The notes under the pieces: model-generated
Seen by the model: only the letters and a program-made list of their open reading frames with translations
What the model was told of the DNA's origin: nothing
The model's database searches: none
Shown: piece after piece, positions 28,959-39,360 of the stretch
How the letters are laid out: each line of letters starts with the position of its first letter
How positions within the stretch are numbered: the stretch's first letter is position 1
Position numbers and translations under genes: made by a program
Assembly: GCA_964638975.1 (NCBI GenBank)
Contig: CAZXAJ010000006.1
Location: 33,301-97,300, forward strand
Reading direction: 5' to 3'
Length of the DNA: 64,000 nucleotides
Source: an uncultured Dehalococcoidales bacterium
Lineage (GTDB): Bacteria; Chloroflexota; Dehalococcoidia; GIF9; AB-539-J10

Positions 28959-30323
28959 ATGATACAGAACGAGAGGATAAGCAAGCTCAACCAAAAGAGA
29001 ATCAGCAGTGGGAGCTATGTACTCTACTGGATGCAGGCCTCCCAGCGGTCACCATGTAATCACGCACTTGAGTTCGCAATTCGACAGGCCAATGAACAAA
29101 ATGCCCCCTTACTGGTCTATTTTGGTCTGACTGAAAGATATCCCGAAGCCAATGAAAGACACTACCGCTTCATGATCGAAGGACTAAAAGAGGTGCAGGC
29201 ATCGCTACGCCAGCGAAAGATTCAGATGGTCATCGGACAGGAATCTCCGGAGGTCGGCGCAGTCCGTCTGTCAAAGAAGGCATCTCTCGTTGTGTGTGAC
29301 CGCGGGTATCTGAAAATACAGAGAAGGTGGCGAGAATACTTGGCACAGCATATAAATTGTCCTTGCATTCAAGTGGAAAGCGATATAGTAGTTCCCGTTG
29401 AAGAAGCATCGACCAAGGAAGAATACACTGCCGCCACTTTGAGGCCTAAAATTCGCCGGCTAATACCCCGATACCTAGTCCCGCTTGAAGAGCAAGAGCC
29501 TAAGCTGACATCACTAAACCTTGACGTCGATTCGCTCGACATCACCGATATTGAGGAAAACATCACCAAGTTAGACATCGATCGGAGCGTTAGACTTACA
29601 GACAGCTTCCATGGTGGCACCAGCGAAGCCCAACAACGTTTGGAAGAATTCCTCAGTACGAGATTAGACCGATACCCTGAACTCAGAAACGACCCCACTG
29701 CTGAATATCTATCCAACATGAGTCCATATCTTCATTTCGGGCAGATTTCGCCACTCTATATTGCACTAAAGGTCCTAAAGACTGGAAATCCTAACTCAGA
29801 TGCTTTTCTCGAAGAGCTGATTATCAGGAGGGAGCTGGGCATAAACTTCGTATTTTACAATCAGGACTATGATTCGTTTGGTGGTCTGCCCAAATGGGCA
29901 AGAGACACCCTCTTAGAACACAAGCAGGACCCGAGGCAATATGAGTACTCTCTAGATGAACTCGAGAAGGCAAACACACACGATCCATACTGGAATGCCG
30001 CCCAGCGTCAGATGACAGGGGCAGCCAAGATGCACGGTTACATGAGGATGTACTGGGGAAAGAAGATAATAGAGTGGAGCAGGTCACCTGAGGAGGCATT
30101 TCAAAAATGTCTCTACCTGAATAACAAGTACGAACTCGATGGCAGGGATGCGAATGGTTTTGCCGGAGTTGCCTGGTGCTTCGGCAAACATGATCGCCCC
30201 TGGGCTGTAAGACCTGTCTTTGGAAACATTCGATACATGGGCGCCGATGGACTCAAGCGAAAATTCGATGCCGATAAGTACGCAATGAGGTGCTCGCCAA
30301 GCGAAGCCAGAAGCCAACTATAA
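28959..30323 (+). CDS. phr: Deoxyribodipyrimidine photolyase, class II
   Basis: 454 aa with YVLYWMQASQRSPCNHALEFA (class II N-terminus) and a FAD-binding C-terminus (HGYMRMYWGKKIIEW). Confidence 0.9.
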   Translation: MIQNERISKLNQKRISSGSYVLYWMQASQRSPCNHALEFAIRQANEQNAPLLVYFGLTERYPEANERHYRFMIEGLKEVQASLRQRKIQMVIGQESPEVGAVRLSKKASLVVCDRGYLKIQRRWREYLAQHINCPCIQVESDIVVPVEEASTKEEYTAATLRPKIRRLIPRYLVPLEEQEPKLTSLNLDVDSLDITDIEENITKLDIDRSVRLTDSFHGGTSEAQQRLEEFLSTRLDRYPELRNDPTAEYLSNMSPYLHFGQISPLYIALKVLKTGNPNSDAFLEELIIRRELGINFVFYNQDYDSFGGLPKWARDTLLEHKQDPRQYEYSLDELEKANTHDPYWNAAQRQMTGAAKMHGYMRMYWGKKIIEWSRSPEEAFQKCLYLNNKYELDGRDANGFAGVAWCFGKHDRPWAVRPVFGNIRYMGADGLKRKFDADKYAMRCSPSEARSQL

Positions 30324-30571
30324 TCTAAGTGCGAAGATTATGTGCAGGGTTTCTTCCTCTACTCAGCGACCCGCCATATCATTTTCTCCATTATCCCTTG
30401 ACCCGCAATAGGTAGCGCCGAGAGCGGGATTGGGATCTGGAGTAATACCAAAGACTACACACTAAAAAGCTATAAGGACCGCTGGCCCATTTACCGCGAA
30501 AACTTTGTATGAGCAACTACGGCGTTATCTATCTCAGCCAAGGCAGCCGAGATTGGAACATCAGGCTGACG

Positions 30572-31258
30572 TCATTTCTTTATGTCGACTACAATCCTGC
30601 CGTCTTTTATCTCAACTATTCTGTCAGTTTCCTCGGCGATCCTCCGATCATGGGTTACAATTATGAACGTCGTCCCGTACTTCTCGTTTATCTCGCGAAA
30701 TATCTTGTATATCGTCGTCGTGTTCCCAGAATCAAGGTTGCCAGTCGGTTCATCGGCCAGCACAATCTTAGGGTTATTTATTAGCGCTCTAGCTATGGCA
30801 GTCCTCTGTTGCTCGCCTCCAGACATCTTGCTTACAAGGTTGTTCCTTACCTTTGCTATACCTAACATGTCGAACAGCTCGTCAGCCCTCTTGTTTATAA
30901 GCTCAGCGGGCTCCTTCTTGTTAATGAAATAGGGTATCATAACGTTCTCCCTGGCCGTAAACTCGGGCAGAAGATAATGAAATTGAAAGACAAAACCTGT
31001 AGTTCTGTTTCTCAAGTCGGCAAGCCTGCCTTTGCTCAGGTCATTGGTTCTATTGCCAGCTATGAAAACCTCTCCTCTTGTAGGTTTGTCTAGAGTGCCA
31101 ATAATATTTAAGAGGGTTGATTTTCCACTGCCAGATTCGCCAATTATGGAATTGAACGAGCCTTCCTCGAAACTGAGGTCTACACCGAAAAGCACCTGGG
31201 TATCAATAACACCACGGTATACCTTGTCCACATTTTGCAGCTCGACCACATTACTCAT
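30572..31258 (-). CDS. ABC transporter ATP-binding protein (MacB/LolD/FtsE-like)
   Basis: Walker A GESGSGKST, signature MSGGEQQR, Walker B IVLADEPTGNLD. Confidence 0.93.
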   Translation of the reverse strand: MSNVVELQNVDKVYRGVIDTQVLFGVDLSFEEGSFNSIIGESGSGKSTLLNIIGTLDKPTRGEVFIAGNRTNDLSKGRLADLRNRTTGFVFQFHYLLPEFTARENVMIPYFINKKEPAELINKRADELFDMLGIAKVRNNLVSKMSGGEQQRTAIARALINNPKIVLADEPTGNLDSGNTTTIYKIFREINEKYGTTFIIVTHDRRIAEETDRIVEIKDGRIVVDIKK

Positions 31259-31259
31259 A

Positions 31260-32417
31260 TCAGCCTTCCCTGATTACATCTATAGGATTGAGCTGTAATG
31301 ACTTCGTGGCCGGTATCACTCCAGCCAGTGTTGATGCCAGCAATACTACCAACCAAGACCTGAGAACAAAATTGTAGTCGATGTAAAGGTCTATCAAAGC
31401 AGTGCCTTCCGGATTTGAGGTGAAGATATTGAAAGCATATAATAAACCAATTCCCAGTGTTATGCCCAATATTGAGCCGATAAGCCCGATCAGAAAACCC
31501 TGATATATAAATATCAGGCTGACAGCGGGGTCTTTGATACCCATTGCCTTCAGGATACCTATCTGCCGCGACTTCTGGATTACACTAATGGCAAGCACGC
31601 TGGCAATGGCAATGACCACCGAGAGTATTATTACTGCCTGTATTACCGTGCTCGAAATTCTCTGGCCATCAAGTCCGCTGAGAAGCTCTTCATTCAGTTC
31701 CTTCCAGTTTTCAATCTTGATGTTTTTGTCGTTCAACACCTGCTGTATTTCATAAGCAATCATGTCGGCCTCGAACACCTCGTCAACTGCTATCTCTATC
31801 GAGGTTATTCGACGGCCAAAGCCAAATAGCTTTTGACCTGTCTTCAGGTCGGCAATTACCCATGACTTGTTTATACTGGCCACACCCAGATCATAGAAGC
31901 CGGATATCGTAAGTGTGTATACAGTGCCATTGGGCAGTAGTATCGCCAGTTTGTCACCGATGTCTACCTCAAGCTCATCCCTGAGGTCTCTACCTACTAA
32001 GACTTCCCGCTGCGAACCATACGGCCTGCCTTCATAGATAGAGCTACGGATATTGTATATTCGATCGGCATTTTCAAAATCGAAGCCCCTGACAAGGATA
32101 GGCAAGTCGGTCTCCCCATCTCTGACAAAGGCATTAGCACTTGCTGACGCCGATATTGCCTTTGTATCACCTAACTGCTCTATCTTGGCTACCAACCTTT
32201 CCCAGTCGCGTATGGTAGCGATATCCGTTGCAGATGAAATGGTTATATGCGGCGAGTTCCCAATGGTGCGGTCAACCAGGCTCTTCTGCAAGCTACCTAT
32301 TAAGAGCCCAACGAATATCTGAATCGATATGGCGATGGCTATACCTATAACAATCAGAAGCGTCTGAGTTCTCCCAGACTTAAAGAATCTTATGGCTACC
32401 CTGAATGATAGCATCAT
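31260..32417 (-). CDS. ABC transporter permease, FtsX/MacB-type (4 TM plus periplasmic domain)
   Basis: 385 aa with one N-terminal TM, a large extracytoplasmic domain and a C-terminal FtsX-like 3-TM bundle. 1-nt gap to the ATPase gene. Confidence 0.9.
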   Translation of the reverse strand: MMLSFRVAIRFFKSGRTQTLLIVIGIAIAISIQIFVGLLIGSLQKSLVDRTIGNSPHITISSATDIATIRDWERLVAKIEQLGDTKAISASASANAFVRDGETDLPILVRGFDFENADRIYNIRSSIYEGRPYGSQREVLVGRDLRDELEVDIGDKLAILLPNGTVYTLTISGFYDLGVASINKSWVIADLKTGQKLFGFGRRITSIEIAVDEVFEADMIAYEIQQVLNDKNIKIENWKELNEELLSGLDGQRISSTVIQAVIILSVVIAIASVLAISVIQKSRQIGILKAMGIKDPAVSLIFIYQGFLIGLIGSILGITLGIGLLYAFNIFTSNPEGTALIDLYIDYNFVLRSWLVVLLASTLAGVIPATKSLQLNPIDVIREG

Positions 32418-33079
32418 TCTTGACCTTGAGAGAGTCCTCTAATATCTTCGAATGTGCTGAGAAGAAAGTCGGCCCCAATTTCTTTGCCCATGTTTGGATT
32501 TCGCCCGAAAGCTTGTCCTCCTACGATTATCTTGAAATCAGCCCAACCCGTCTCCCTCACTTCGCCCATCTTCTGAACCGTCCTGCGAGCCGCTACCAGG
32601 TTGTAGTAATTCGTCACACTAATGGCTACATATTTGGGCTTAACATAGCTGATTGCCCCTATTATTTCGGCCTGAGGGGTATTAGCACCCACAAATACTG
32701 CATCGAACCCGGAGAGGGTGAAGAAGTCAGCTACCATTCTGGCACCAAGCTCGTGGTACTCCTCTGCTGGACAAAACACAATCACTCTACCTACATGGCC
32801 CGAGCGGTACCTCTCATCTCTCTCTTTGACAACATAGTGATAGCAGCATTCAATAACGGTCCTCACAATGGAACTTCGGACGTGCTCTTCCCAAACACAT
32901 ATCTCCCTATGCTTGGCCTTACAGAAACGCTCCCTCATGGAGGGGGCGAGGACTTCGTCATAGAGTGTCACCAGGTCAAGTTCGTTATTAGACAGTCTTG
33001 ACAGGGCAAAGGCGACACACTGTTGTCTGTTCTCATCCTCCAAATGCATGAGGAATTCGTCATACATAGGATGCATCAT
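32414..33079 (-). CDS. Stand-alone cobalamin-binding protein (B12-binding cap + Rossmann domain, CarH/AerR-like, no DNA-binding domain)
   Basis: 221 aa. EEYHELG matches the E/DxHxxG lower-ligand motif, WEEHVRSS sits in the helical cap, and a SxT..GG pattern follows downstream. The stop overlaps the permease start (ATGA, 32414-32417). Confidence 0.82.
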   Translation of the reverse strand: MMHPMYDEFLMHLEDENRQQCVAFALSRLSNNELDLVTLYDEVLAPSMRERFCKAKHREICVWEEHVRSSIVRTVIECCYHYVVKERDERYRSGHVGRVIVFCPAEEYHELGARMVADFFTLSGFDAVFVGANTPQAEIIGAISYVKPKYVAISVTNYYNLVAARRTVQKMGEVRETGWADFKIIVGGQAFGRNPNMGKEIGADFLLSTFEDIRGLSQGQE

Positions 33080-33348
33080 ATGTCCCCCTACCCCACTTGA
33101 TTAGAATAAAATTAGACGATGGATTAGTAAAGTGAATTATATCTCCAGACTTTGAATCTATCAACCTGATACATGGAATATTGGGACGGACACACCAAGA
33201 TAGCATGCTTTCGAACTTAGGGATTCTCATAATCAAATCCGCAGCTTCGGTATTGCGAGCGGTTCCGATATCTTTGTCAATAACAGGAGTGCTGACATGA
33301 ATGCATCGGGATTAAGAAATAATGTAATTAAATGGCACATCTGCGGTC

Positions 33349-33377
33349 TTGACACATACCATGCGCAGTTATATTAT
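33349..33377 (+). promoter_or_regulatory. Sigma70-like promoter candidate (TTGACA-N17-TATTAT)
   Basis: TTGACA at 33349-33354 and TATTAT at 33372-33377 with an exact 17-nt spacer, about 35-55 nt upstream of the possible starts of the ICMT-family gene. Confidence 0.4.
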
Positions 33378-33409
33378 CCTAGCCAGCCACTTTCTAGGCC
33401 TCACGAGTC

Positions 33410-34075
33410 TTGATTGAATGGGCAACGTCGATGGACATGGAATCGGTACTGAAGATTGTTCTGATAAGCCAGTTCTCTATATTCTCTATCATTAGGATTG
33501 AGTACCATCGGTTGGCTAAAAGAGCAGGTTTCAAGACGTTGACCGAGGAAGAGAAGTGGCATTCATTATTCCTTAATCTCTTCATTGGCTATGAAATCAT
33601 TACCTTTTTCCTTTACCTGTTCTACCCTGGGCTGCTGAGTTGGGCAATGATTTCGATACCTGTTTGGCTACGCTGGATAGGAGTCGCTCTGGGCATCATG
33701 TCGCTCATTCTGTTTGTTTGGGTACATCGCAGTCTCGGCAGGAATTTCTCAGCGAAGCTTAGAATCAAAGAACGACAGAGTCTTGTTATGGATGGGCCCT
33801 ATCAGTGGATAAGGCATCCCATGTATACAGCATTCTACCTTCTAAACCTGGCTGCTTTCCTATTGACCTCAAACTGGTTTATCGGGGTGACCTGGTTGAC
33901 TGGTTTGACCATGGTAATTTCCTTGCGAGTCAAAAGGGAAGAAAGTATGATGGCCGATAGATTTGGAGATGCGTACCGTGACTACATGAGGCGTACGGGA
34001 CGCTTCTTTCCAGCAATAAGAGCCAACAAGGCCCCTGCGGGGATACGCAACAACCCGCCATACCTACAGAGCTAA
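33410..34075 (+). CDS. Isoprenylcysteine carboxyl / phospholipid methyltransferase-family membrane protein
   Basis: Polytopic, with the C-terminal motif G.YQWIRHPMYTAFYLL typical of the ICMT/PEMT family. The start is uncertain (TTG 33410, ATG 33431 or 33437). Confidence 0.8.
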   Translation: MIEWATSMDMESVLKIVLISQFSIFSIIRIEYHRLAKRAGFKTLTEEEKWHSLFLNLFIGYEIITFFLYLFYPGLLSWAMISIPVWLRWIGVALGIMSLILFVWVHRSLGRNFSAKLRIKERQSLVMDGPYQWIRHPMYTAFYLLNLAAFLLTSNWFIGVTWLTGLTMVISLRVKREESMMADRFGDAYRDYMRRTGRFFPAIRANKAPAGIRNNPPYLQS

Positions 34076-34302
34076 GACCACAGACCTGAGAACGAAATCA
34101 GGTTTGGTTTTACGAAATCGGGCAATTACAGAGCAACGCTGGCCACTGTGTTAGCTTCAAATGCTCAAACACACTCTAGTTAGCAGCGGCAACTACGCAA
34201 CAGGTGGCCATCCTACCGATAAGACAAAAACAAAGTGCAATAATTCACTAAGGCTAGATGTGACCAGATTATCAATCACTTACCAGTTTCATGTGCATCT
34301 TA

Positions 34303-35280
34303 TCAATACCTGTGATAGGGAATCCTGAGCTTATCGGAGTGCATTTTGCGGAACTTAGCTACCTTGGGGGCGATGGCAAACCTGCAATATGGTTGTTCAG
34401 GGTTCTGCTTGAAATACTCCTGGTGATAATCCTCGGCCGGGTAGAAGACAGAGAAGGGGGTTACCTCTGTTATGATGGGGGCATCGAAAACCTGTGCCGC
34501 CTCTAGCCTCTGAATCACCTGCTCGGCAACAGCCTTCTGTTCTTCATTGTGGTAGAAAATAGCAGAGCGATACTGAGGACCTATATCCGCTCCCTGACGA
34601 TTCAATGTTGTTGGGTCATGTACAGTGAAGAAGACCTCCAAAATCTCTTTATATGATATCTCCCTTGGGTCAAATATGATTTGTAAGGCCTCAGCATGTC
34701 CCGTGGTCCCGGTGCACACTTGGTTGTAAGACGGGTTTGCCAATTTGCCACCTGAATAGCCCGACCGCACCTCCTTAATACCCAATAGTTCATTAAAAAC
34801 CGCCCCGAGACACCAGAAACACCCACCTGCGAGAGTCGCTATCTCGTTAGCACCAGCGGAATTCCCTTGGTCGTCCTTTGTGCCACTGGTTTCTATGAAA
34901 TTTAATGCGACAGAATTGATGCAATAGCGAAGCCCTGTCGGTTGCGGACCATCCTGAAATACATGTCCGAGATGCGCTCCGCATTTCTGGCAACTAACCT
35001 CGGTTCTCACCATGCCACAGCTGGTGTCTGCTGTAGTTTCAACGGCATGCTCCGTAACCGGAGCCCAAAAGCTCGGCCAACCAGTCCCAGAATCAAACTT
35101 CGCTTCTGAACTGAACAGTTCACTGCCACAACAAACACATCTATATATGCCGTACTTCTTCAGATCGTAGTACCTGCCTGTGAACGGTGGCTCAGTCGCC
35201 TTTCTGCGCGTGACCTCGTATTGCAGCGGCGTTAGTAGTTGCCGCCATTCCTCGTCACTTTTGACAACCTTGTCAGGCAT
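34303..35280 (-). CDS. msrAB: Fused peptide-methionine sulfoxide reductase MsrB-MsrA
   Basis: N-terminal SelR/MsrB (CVCCGSELF...GWPSF...[12 protein letters not shown]...RYCINS) and C-terminal MsrA ([11 protein letters not shown]). Confidence 0.95.
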   Translation of the reverse strand: MPDKVVKSDEEWRQLLTPLQYEVTRRKATEPPFTGRYYDLKKYGIYRCVCCGSELFSSEAKFDSGTGWPSFWAPVTEHAVETTADTSCGMVRTEVSCQKCGAHLGHVFQDGPQPTGLRYCINSVALNFIETSGTKDDQGNSAGANEIATLAGGCFWCLGAVFNELLGIKEVRSGYSGGKLANPSYNQVCTGTTGHAEALQIIFDPREISYKEILEVFFTVHDPTTLNRQGADIGPQYRSAIFYHNEEQKAVAEQVIQRLEAAQVFDAPIITEVTPFSVFYPAEDYHQEYFKQNPEQPYCRFAIAPKVAKFRKMHSDKLRIPYHRY

Positions 35281-35574
35281 ACTGCCTACTTCTTGCCGTG
35301 CACGCCAATTACCTTCACCTAGGCACTTTTTAACTAGCGCAAGTAGTCAAAGGACATACCTATAACAGTGTAATGGAAAACAGAAGAGGCCTCAAGAATT
35401 TGCCCATCGTCTGCAGTTGATTCAAACGCTAATTTCAATAACGGCCTAAAACAGTAGCCCTACACTACTCTGAAGATGACTAATAGGCCAGGGTCAAACA
35501 ATAAGTATCCGTTGCTTTTTACAGTGCTTCAACCTTTATAGTCCTAAGATGCAGGGCCATCTATTAGCCGAAGA

Positions 35575-36501
35575 CTATGAATTGACTGCCCGGCCCAGAC
35601 AACGCTTCCACCGGGCATTGACCCAGCCTTGCAGTTCGTCATTCTGCTCTTTGGTAATGCTTCTGAACCTTCCCTGTTCCATGAGATAGTCTCTCAATGG
35701 CCTTAGTTTATGCCTCTGGGCAATGGATTCGCTAGCCGAAGTGAGACGAAAAACGCCGTCTTCAATCTCATAAAGTATCACCCATCCCGTTTCCACCGCG
35801 AGCTTGCCGATTTTGATAGTATCACCGAAGGGGAAAGACCATCCGGGGGGGCAGGGTGTGAACACATGAATGAATCTGGTTCCTCGTATAGTCCTCGCTC
35901 TCCTGACTTTTTCGTAAAGGTCCAAGGGATAGGAAGCATTTGCCGTAGCAACATAAGGGATGCCATGTGCCTCCATTATGGCTGTTATATCTTTCTGGTT
36001 CTGTTGCTTGCCCAGTATAGGTGTAGTTCCTGAAATTGCACCTAGGGGTGTGGAGCTTGAGCGCTGATTGCCGGTGTTCATGTATCCTTCATTGTCATAG
36101 CAGATATAGAGGAAATCGTTCTGTCTTTCAGCAGCAGCGCTCAACGCTTGGATTCCTATGTCATGCGTCCCGCCATCACCAGCGATAGCCAGCACAGTCA
36201 ATCCCTCTTTACCCAACGCTTTCAATCCGGCAACCAAGCCAGTAGCCGATGCCGCGGTGGAGGGGAATGGCGTATTTACGCAAGGAACACTGACTGATGT
36301 TACTGGATACATGCCATGCAGTACTGTGAGGCAACTTGCCGGTACTGTCACAATAACCTGCCCTTCCAGTGCTTTTAGGATGTATCGATAAGCGAGAGAC
36401 AAGGCACAGCCAGGGCAAGTCCTGCTGCCTGGCAGTAGGTATTCCCTTTCGGGCATGTTGACGGCATTAGTTTTCATTGTGTAAGCCCTCTCAAATATCA
36501 C
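35575..36501 (-). CDS. Pyruvate/2-oxoacid:ferredoxin oxidoreductase beta (TPP) subunit (set 2)
   Basis: 308 aa with CPGCALS and GDGGTHDIG motifs. The gene order gamma-delta-alpha-beta is typical of Por/Vor-type enzymes. Confidence 0.92.
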   Translation of the reverse strand: MIFERAYTMKTNAVNMPEREYLLPGSRTCPGCALSLAYRYILKALEGQVIVTVPASCLTVLHGMYPVTSVSVPCVNTPFPSTAASATGLVAGLKALGKEGLTVLAIAGDGGTHDIGIQALSAAAERQNDFLYICYDNEGYMNTGNQRSSSTPLGAISGTTPILGKQQNQKDITAIMEAHGIPYVATANASYPLDLYEKVRRARTIRGTRFIHVFTPCPPGWSFPFGDTIKIGKLAVETGWVILYEIEDGVFRLTSASESIAQRHKLRPLRDYLMEQGRFRSITKEQNDELQGWVNARWKRCLGRAVNS

Positions 36502-37720
36502 ATATCCAGTCAGGATATTCCTTGTTTAAACCGCCCTCTTTCATCGACAACAGAGATTTGTTTACCGCATCTACCAAATCCCTTGCTTTAATATCCCGAC
36601 CACCCAGCCCAACAATGAAGTTCCGTATTCCCACGTTTACGGAACTTCCATAAAGGGCTGATTTTATTTCCGAGCACGTGGCTCCTTCTAATCCATAACT
36701 GATATTTTTATCGAATATCACGACGAGGCGGGATTTTTTCAGTGCTTTTGCTACATCTGCTTTAGGGAACGGTCTGAACACTCTCAGGCCCAAGACACCC
36801 ACTTTGTGCCCCGCCTCCCGAAGCATATCTGCGGCTACTCTTGCCTCCATTGCCAAACTGCCCATAGCTACAATAACTACTTCGGCATCATCCAGTCTGT
36901 CTTCCCAGAACATATTGCTGTAGCTTCTTCCAAACAATTCCCCGAATTCTTGACCCACCTTAATTATCGTTTCTCTCGAGTTCTGCAACGCCTCCTGGAG
37001 GAGATACCTCAGTTCCATATATCCATGGCAGAGCACACCTTCAGCATCAACCCTAGGATTTGCCAGGGTCACAAGGTTATAGTTTTTGGGGTTGGCCGGG
37101 TCTAGTATCGTGTGTGGTCTATATGGGGGCAGAAACCTGTCTACATCCTCTTGTGCCGGGACATCCACTGGCATTTCAGTATGAGATAGGATATAACCAT
37201 CGTAGCAGACCATAATTGGTACATAAACTGACTCGGCGACCTTGTAAGCCTGGATTATCGAATCCAATATCTCCTGATTATTTCGAGCGTATATTTGTAT
37301 CCAACCGGTATCTCGTTGGGATATAGAGTCCTGCTGATCATTGAGTACATTCCAAGGCGCTCCAATAGCACGGTTTACACAGGCGAGGACCACAGGAAGA
37401 CGTGCCCCTGCAGCCCAATGCAGCATCTCATGCATATAGGCCAAGCCATGCGCACTGGTGGCGGTGAAGGTTCTGGCTCCTACCATAGAAGCTGAAGTGC
37501 ATACGGCAAGGGCACTGTGCTCACTCTCGACGGCAATGTATTCGGCATCGAGTCCTCCTCCTTCGACAAATTCAGAGAGCGTTTCAGTGACCGGTGATTG
37601 GGGTGTAATGGGATAAGCAGCAATTACCTGAACTCGGCTGAGTTTTGCCCCCTGGGCCGCCGCATGATTGCCATCAAGTATCCAAGTGCTGGCCTTTCTG
37701 GCCATCCTTTCGTTCATCAA
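36491..37720 (-). CDS. Pyruvate/2-oxoacid:ferredoxin oxidoreductase alpha subunit (set 2)
   Basis: 409 aa, GNHAAAQGAKLSRVQVIAAYPITPQS motif. Confidence 0.92.
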   Translation of the reverse strand: MMNERMARKASTWILDGNHAAAQGAKLSRVQVIAAYPITPQSPVTETLSEFVEGGGLDAEYIAVESEHSALAVCTSASMVGARTFTATSAHGLAYMHEMLHWAAGARLPVVLACVNRAIGAPWNVLNDQQDSISQRDTGWIQIYARNNQEILDSIIQAYKVAESVYVPIMVCYDGYILSHTEMPVDVPAQEDVDRFLPPYRPHTILDPANPKNYNLVTLANPRVDAEGVLCHGYMELRYLLQEALQNSRETIIKVGQEFGELFGRSYSNMFWEDRLDDAEVVIVAMGSLAMEARVAADMLREAGHKVGVLGLRVFRPFPKADVAKALKKSRLVVIFDKNISYGLEGATCSEIKSALYGSSVNVGIRNFIVGLGGRDIKARDLVDAVNKSLLSMKEGGLNKEYPDWICDI

Positions 37721-38034
37721 AATCCCTCATCCGTCCCATTGGGACAGAATTCCTCTTCATTCACCATAGTTATAGCGTGTGCTGGACATATCTGCGCGCA
37801 TACTCCGCAGCCTTTGCAGTATTCCATATTTATCTGGATGGGTATGGTTTTGCTAATGACAGCATCCGGACAATAGAGCCAGCATAGAAAACAGGAAGGC
37901 TTATTTTGTCTGACTGGGAGACACTTTTCTTGGTCTATCACTGGAAACGAGTCACGCCACTCACCTGTTTTACCTGCTTCACCAATAGCCGGTGACGATT
38001 CACCACATATGTGTTGGCAATCCCTGGTTCCCAT
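37717..38034 (-). CDS. Pyruvate/2-oxoacid:ferredoxin oxidoreductase delta (2x[4Fe-4S]) subunit (set 2)
   Basis: 105 aa with CFLCWLYCP and CKGCGVCAQICP motifs. Confidence 0.88.
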   Translation of the reverse strand: MGTRDCQHICGESSPAIGEAGKTGEWRDSFPVIDQEKCLPVRQNKPSCFLCWLYCPDAVISKTIPIQINMEYCKGCGVCAQICPAHAITMVNEEEFCPNGTDEGF

Positions 38035-38043
38035 GGCTTGCTG

Positions 38044-38640
38044 TTACCTCATTTTCTCCATTTTAGTTATCTCGTAGGTCTGCGCAATCGCGGCGAGATT
38101 AATATCCACAGCGTTATTGGGAAATCGCTCTCTTATTACCTTCTCTATGCTTGCCATACCTACCACCTTGGTAGCACGGACAAACGCACCCAGCATCGCT
38201 GTATTCACCACTGTGAGGCCGGCGACTATCAGTCTCAGATTCGTGCATACTCTGGTAGCATCAGCAGTAGCAATGTTGAAGTCGCCTCTAATGCCAAGCT
38301 CCTTTGGTTTGCGCCAGGAATTTACTATTAGCCATCCTTCTCTAACCAGGCCACTGGTTACCTCCTGGTATTTCAGCAGAGTATGGTCAAGAACAACCAC
38401 TACATCAGGTTCTTCTACCTGGGATACGACCATGACTGTTTGCGGGGAAATCCTGGTTGAGGCGCTGATCGGAACACCCCTCCTCTCCGCACCAAACGAT
38501 GGCGCAGCGGTTGTTCCCCGATAGCCTTCAAGATAGGCTGCCTGTGCCACAATCCTGGCTGCCGTTATAGCTCCCTGACCACCCCGCCCATGCCACCTAA
38601 TTTCATACAGCCTTGTATACACAGATGGTATTTCTGTCAT
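38044..38640 (-). CDS. Pyruvate/2-oxoacid:ferredoxin oxidoreductase gamma subunit (set 2)
   Basis: 198 aa, EIRWHGRGGQGAITAARIVA motif. Confidence 0.9.
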   Translation of the reverse strand: MTEIPSVYTRLYEIRWHGRGGQGAITAARIVAQAAYLEGYRGTTAAPSFGAERRGVPISASTRISPQTVMVVSQVEEPDVVVVLDHTLLKYQEVTSGLVREGWLIVNSWRKPKELGIRGDFNIATADATRVCTNLRLIVAGLTVVNTAMLGAFVRATKVVGMASIEKVIRERFPNNAVDINLAAIAQTYEITKMEKMR

Positions 38641-38961
38641 TCCGCCAATCCCAGGGACCTATCGTTTCCTACTTCAAAGGGCGAGAGGACATATGCTATC
38701 GCCCATTACCTACATGTGTCAAATACATGCTGTGCGATGTCTAAAACATAGCATACAGTCTGTAAACTACGAATTTTAAATCGTCAGCATAAATGAGATG
38801 GAATTGGTACAAAAGTTTATGCACACTCTGACTTAGGTTTAACGAGTCATTCTCAGCAAGAACCGCTGCCAGAATAGGCATCGTTTTTCCCTTTCAATTG
38901 AGCCAATGGCTAGTAACTTAGTCAAATACAAGTATTGACTATGGTCTTTTATCTTCGGTAA

Positions 38962-39150
38962 TTAGAAGACTAATGCCCCTAGAATCTCTTCAGTACGGTT
39001 AAAGAATAGTGACAAATGGCCCTCACCGGAGTAGAACTTAACTCGGCAACCGGGGATAGCATTAGCCATATATTGCCCTATAGCCAAAGGGTAGGCAGTG
39101 TCGGCCCCGCCGTGCCAGAGGTAAACATTCGACCGCAGTTTATTATACAC
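38962..39150 (-). pseudogene. C-terminal remnant of an alpha/beta-hydrolase gene
   Basis: YLWHGGADTAYPLAIGQYMANAIPGCRVKFYSGEGHLSLF is the last strand/helix region, carrying the catalytic His, of an alpha/beta hydrolase. The frame upstream is closed by a stop within about 10 codons and no N-terminal part is present. Confidence 0.5.
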
Positions 39151-39360
39151 ACAAAAGCGCTGCCTTACATTACATCCCCATTACCAAGCAATATCCCATA
39201 TAAGAAAGGACGGTGAACAGCCTTTGCACCCGCAGACCTGTAACAGCCAATCTGGTGGCTGGTTATGCCTGGCAGAATCATTCAGAACCAGTCAGTTGTT
39301 CGGTTTTTTAATGGAGCTGGCTAGTCATAGTCGACAATAGCCACAACTGGAGTATAATAC

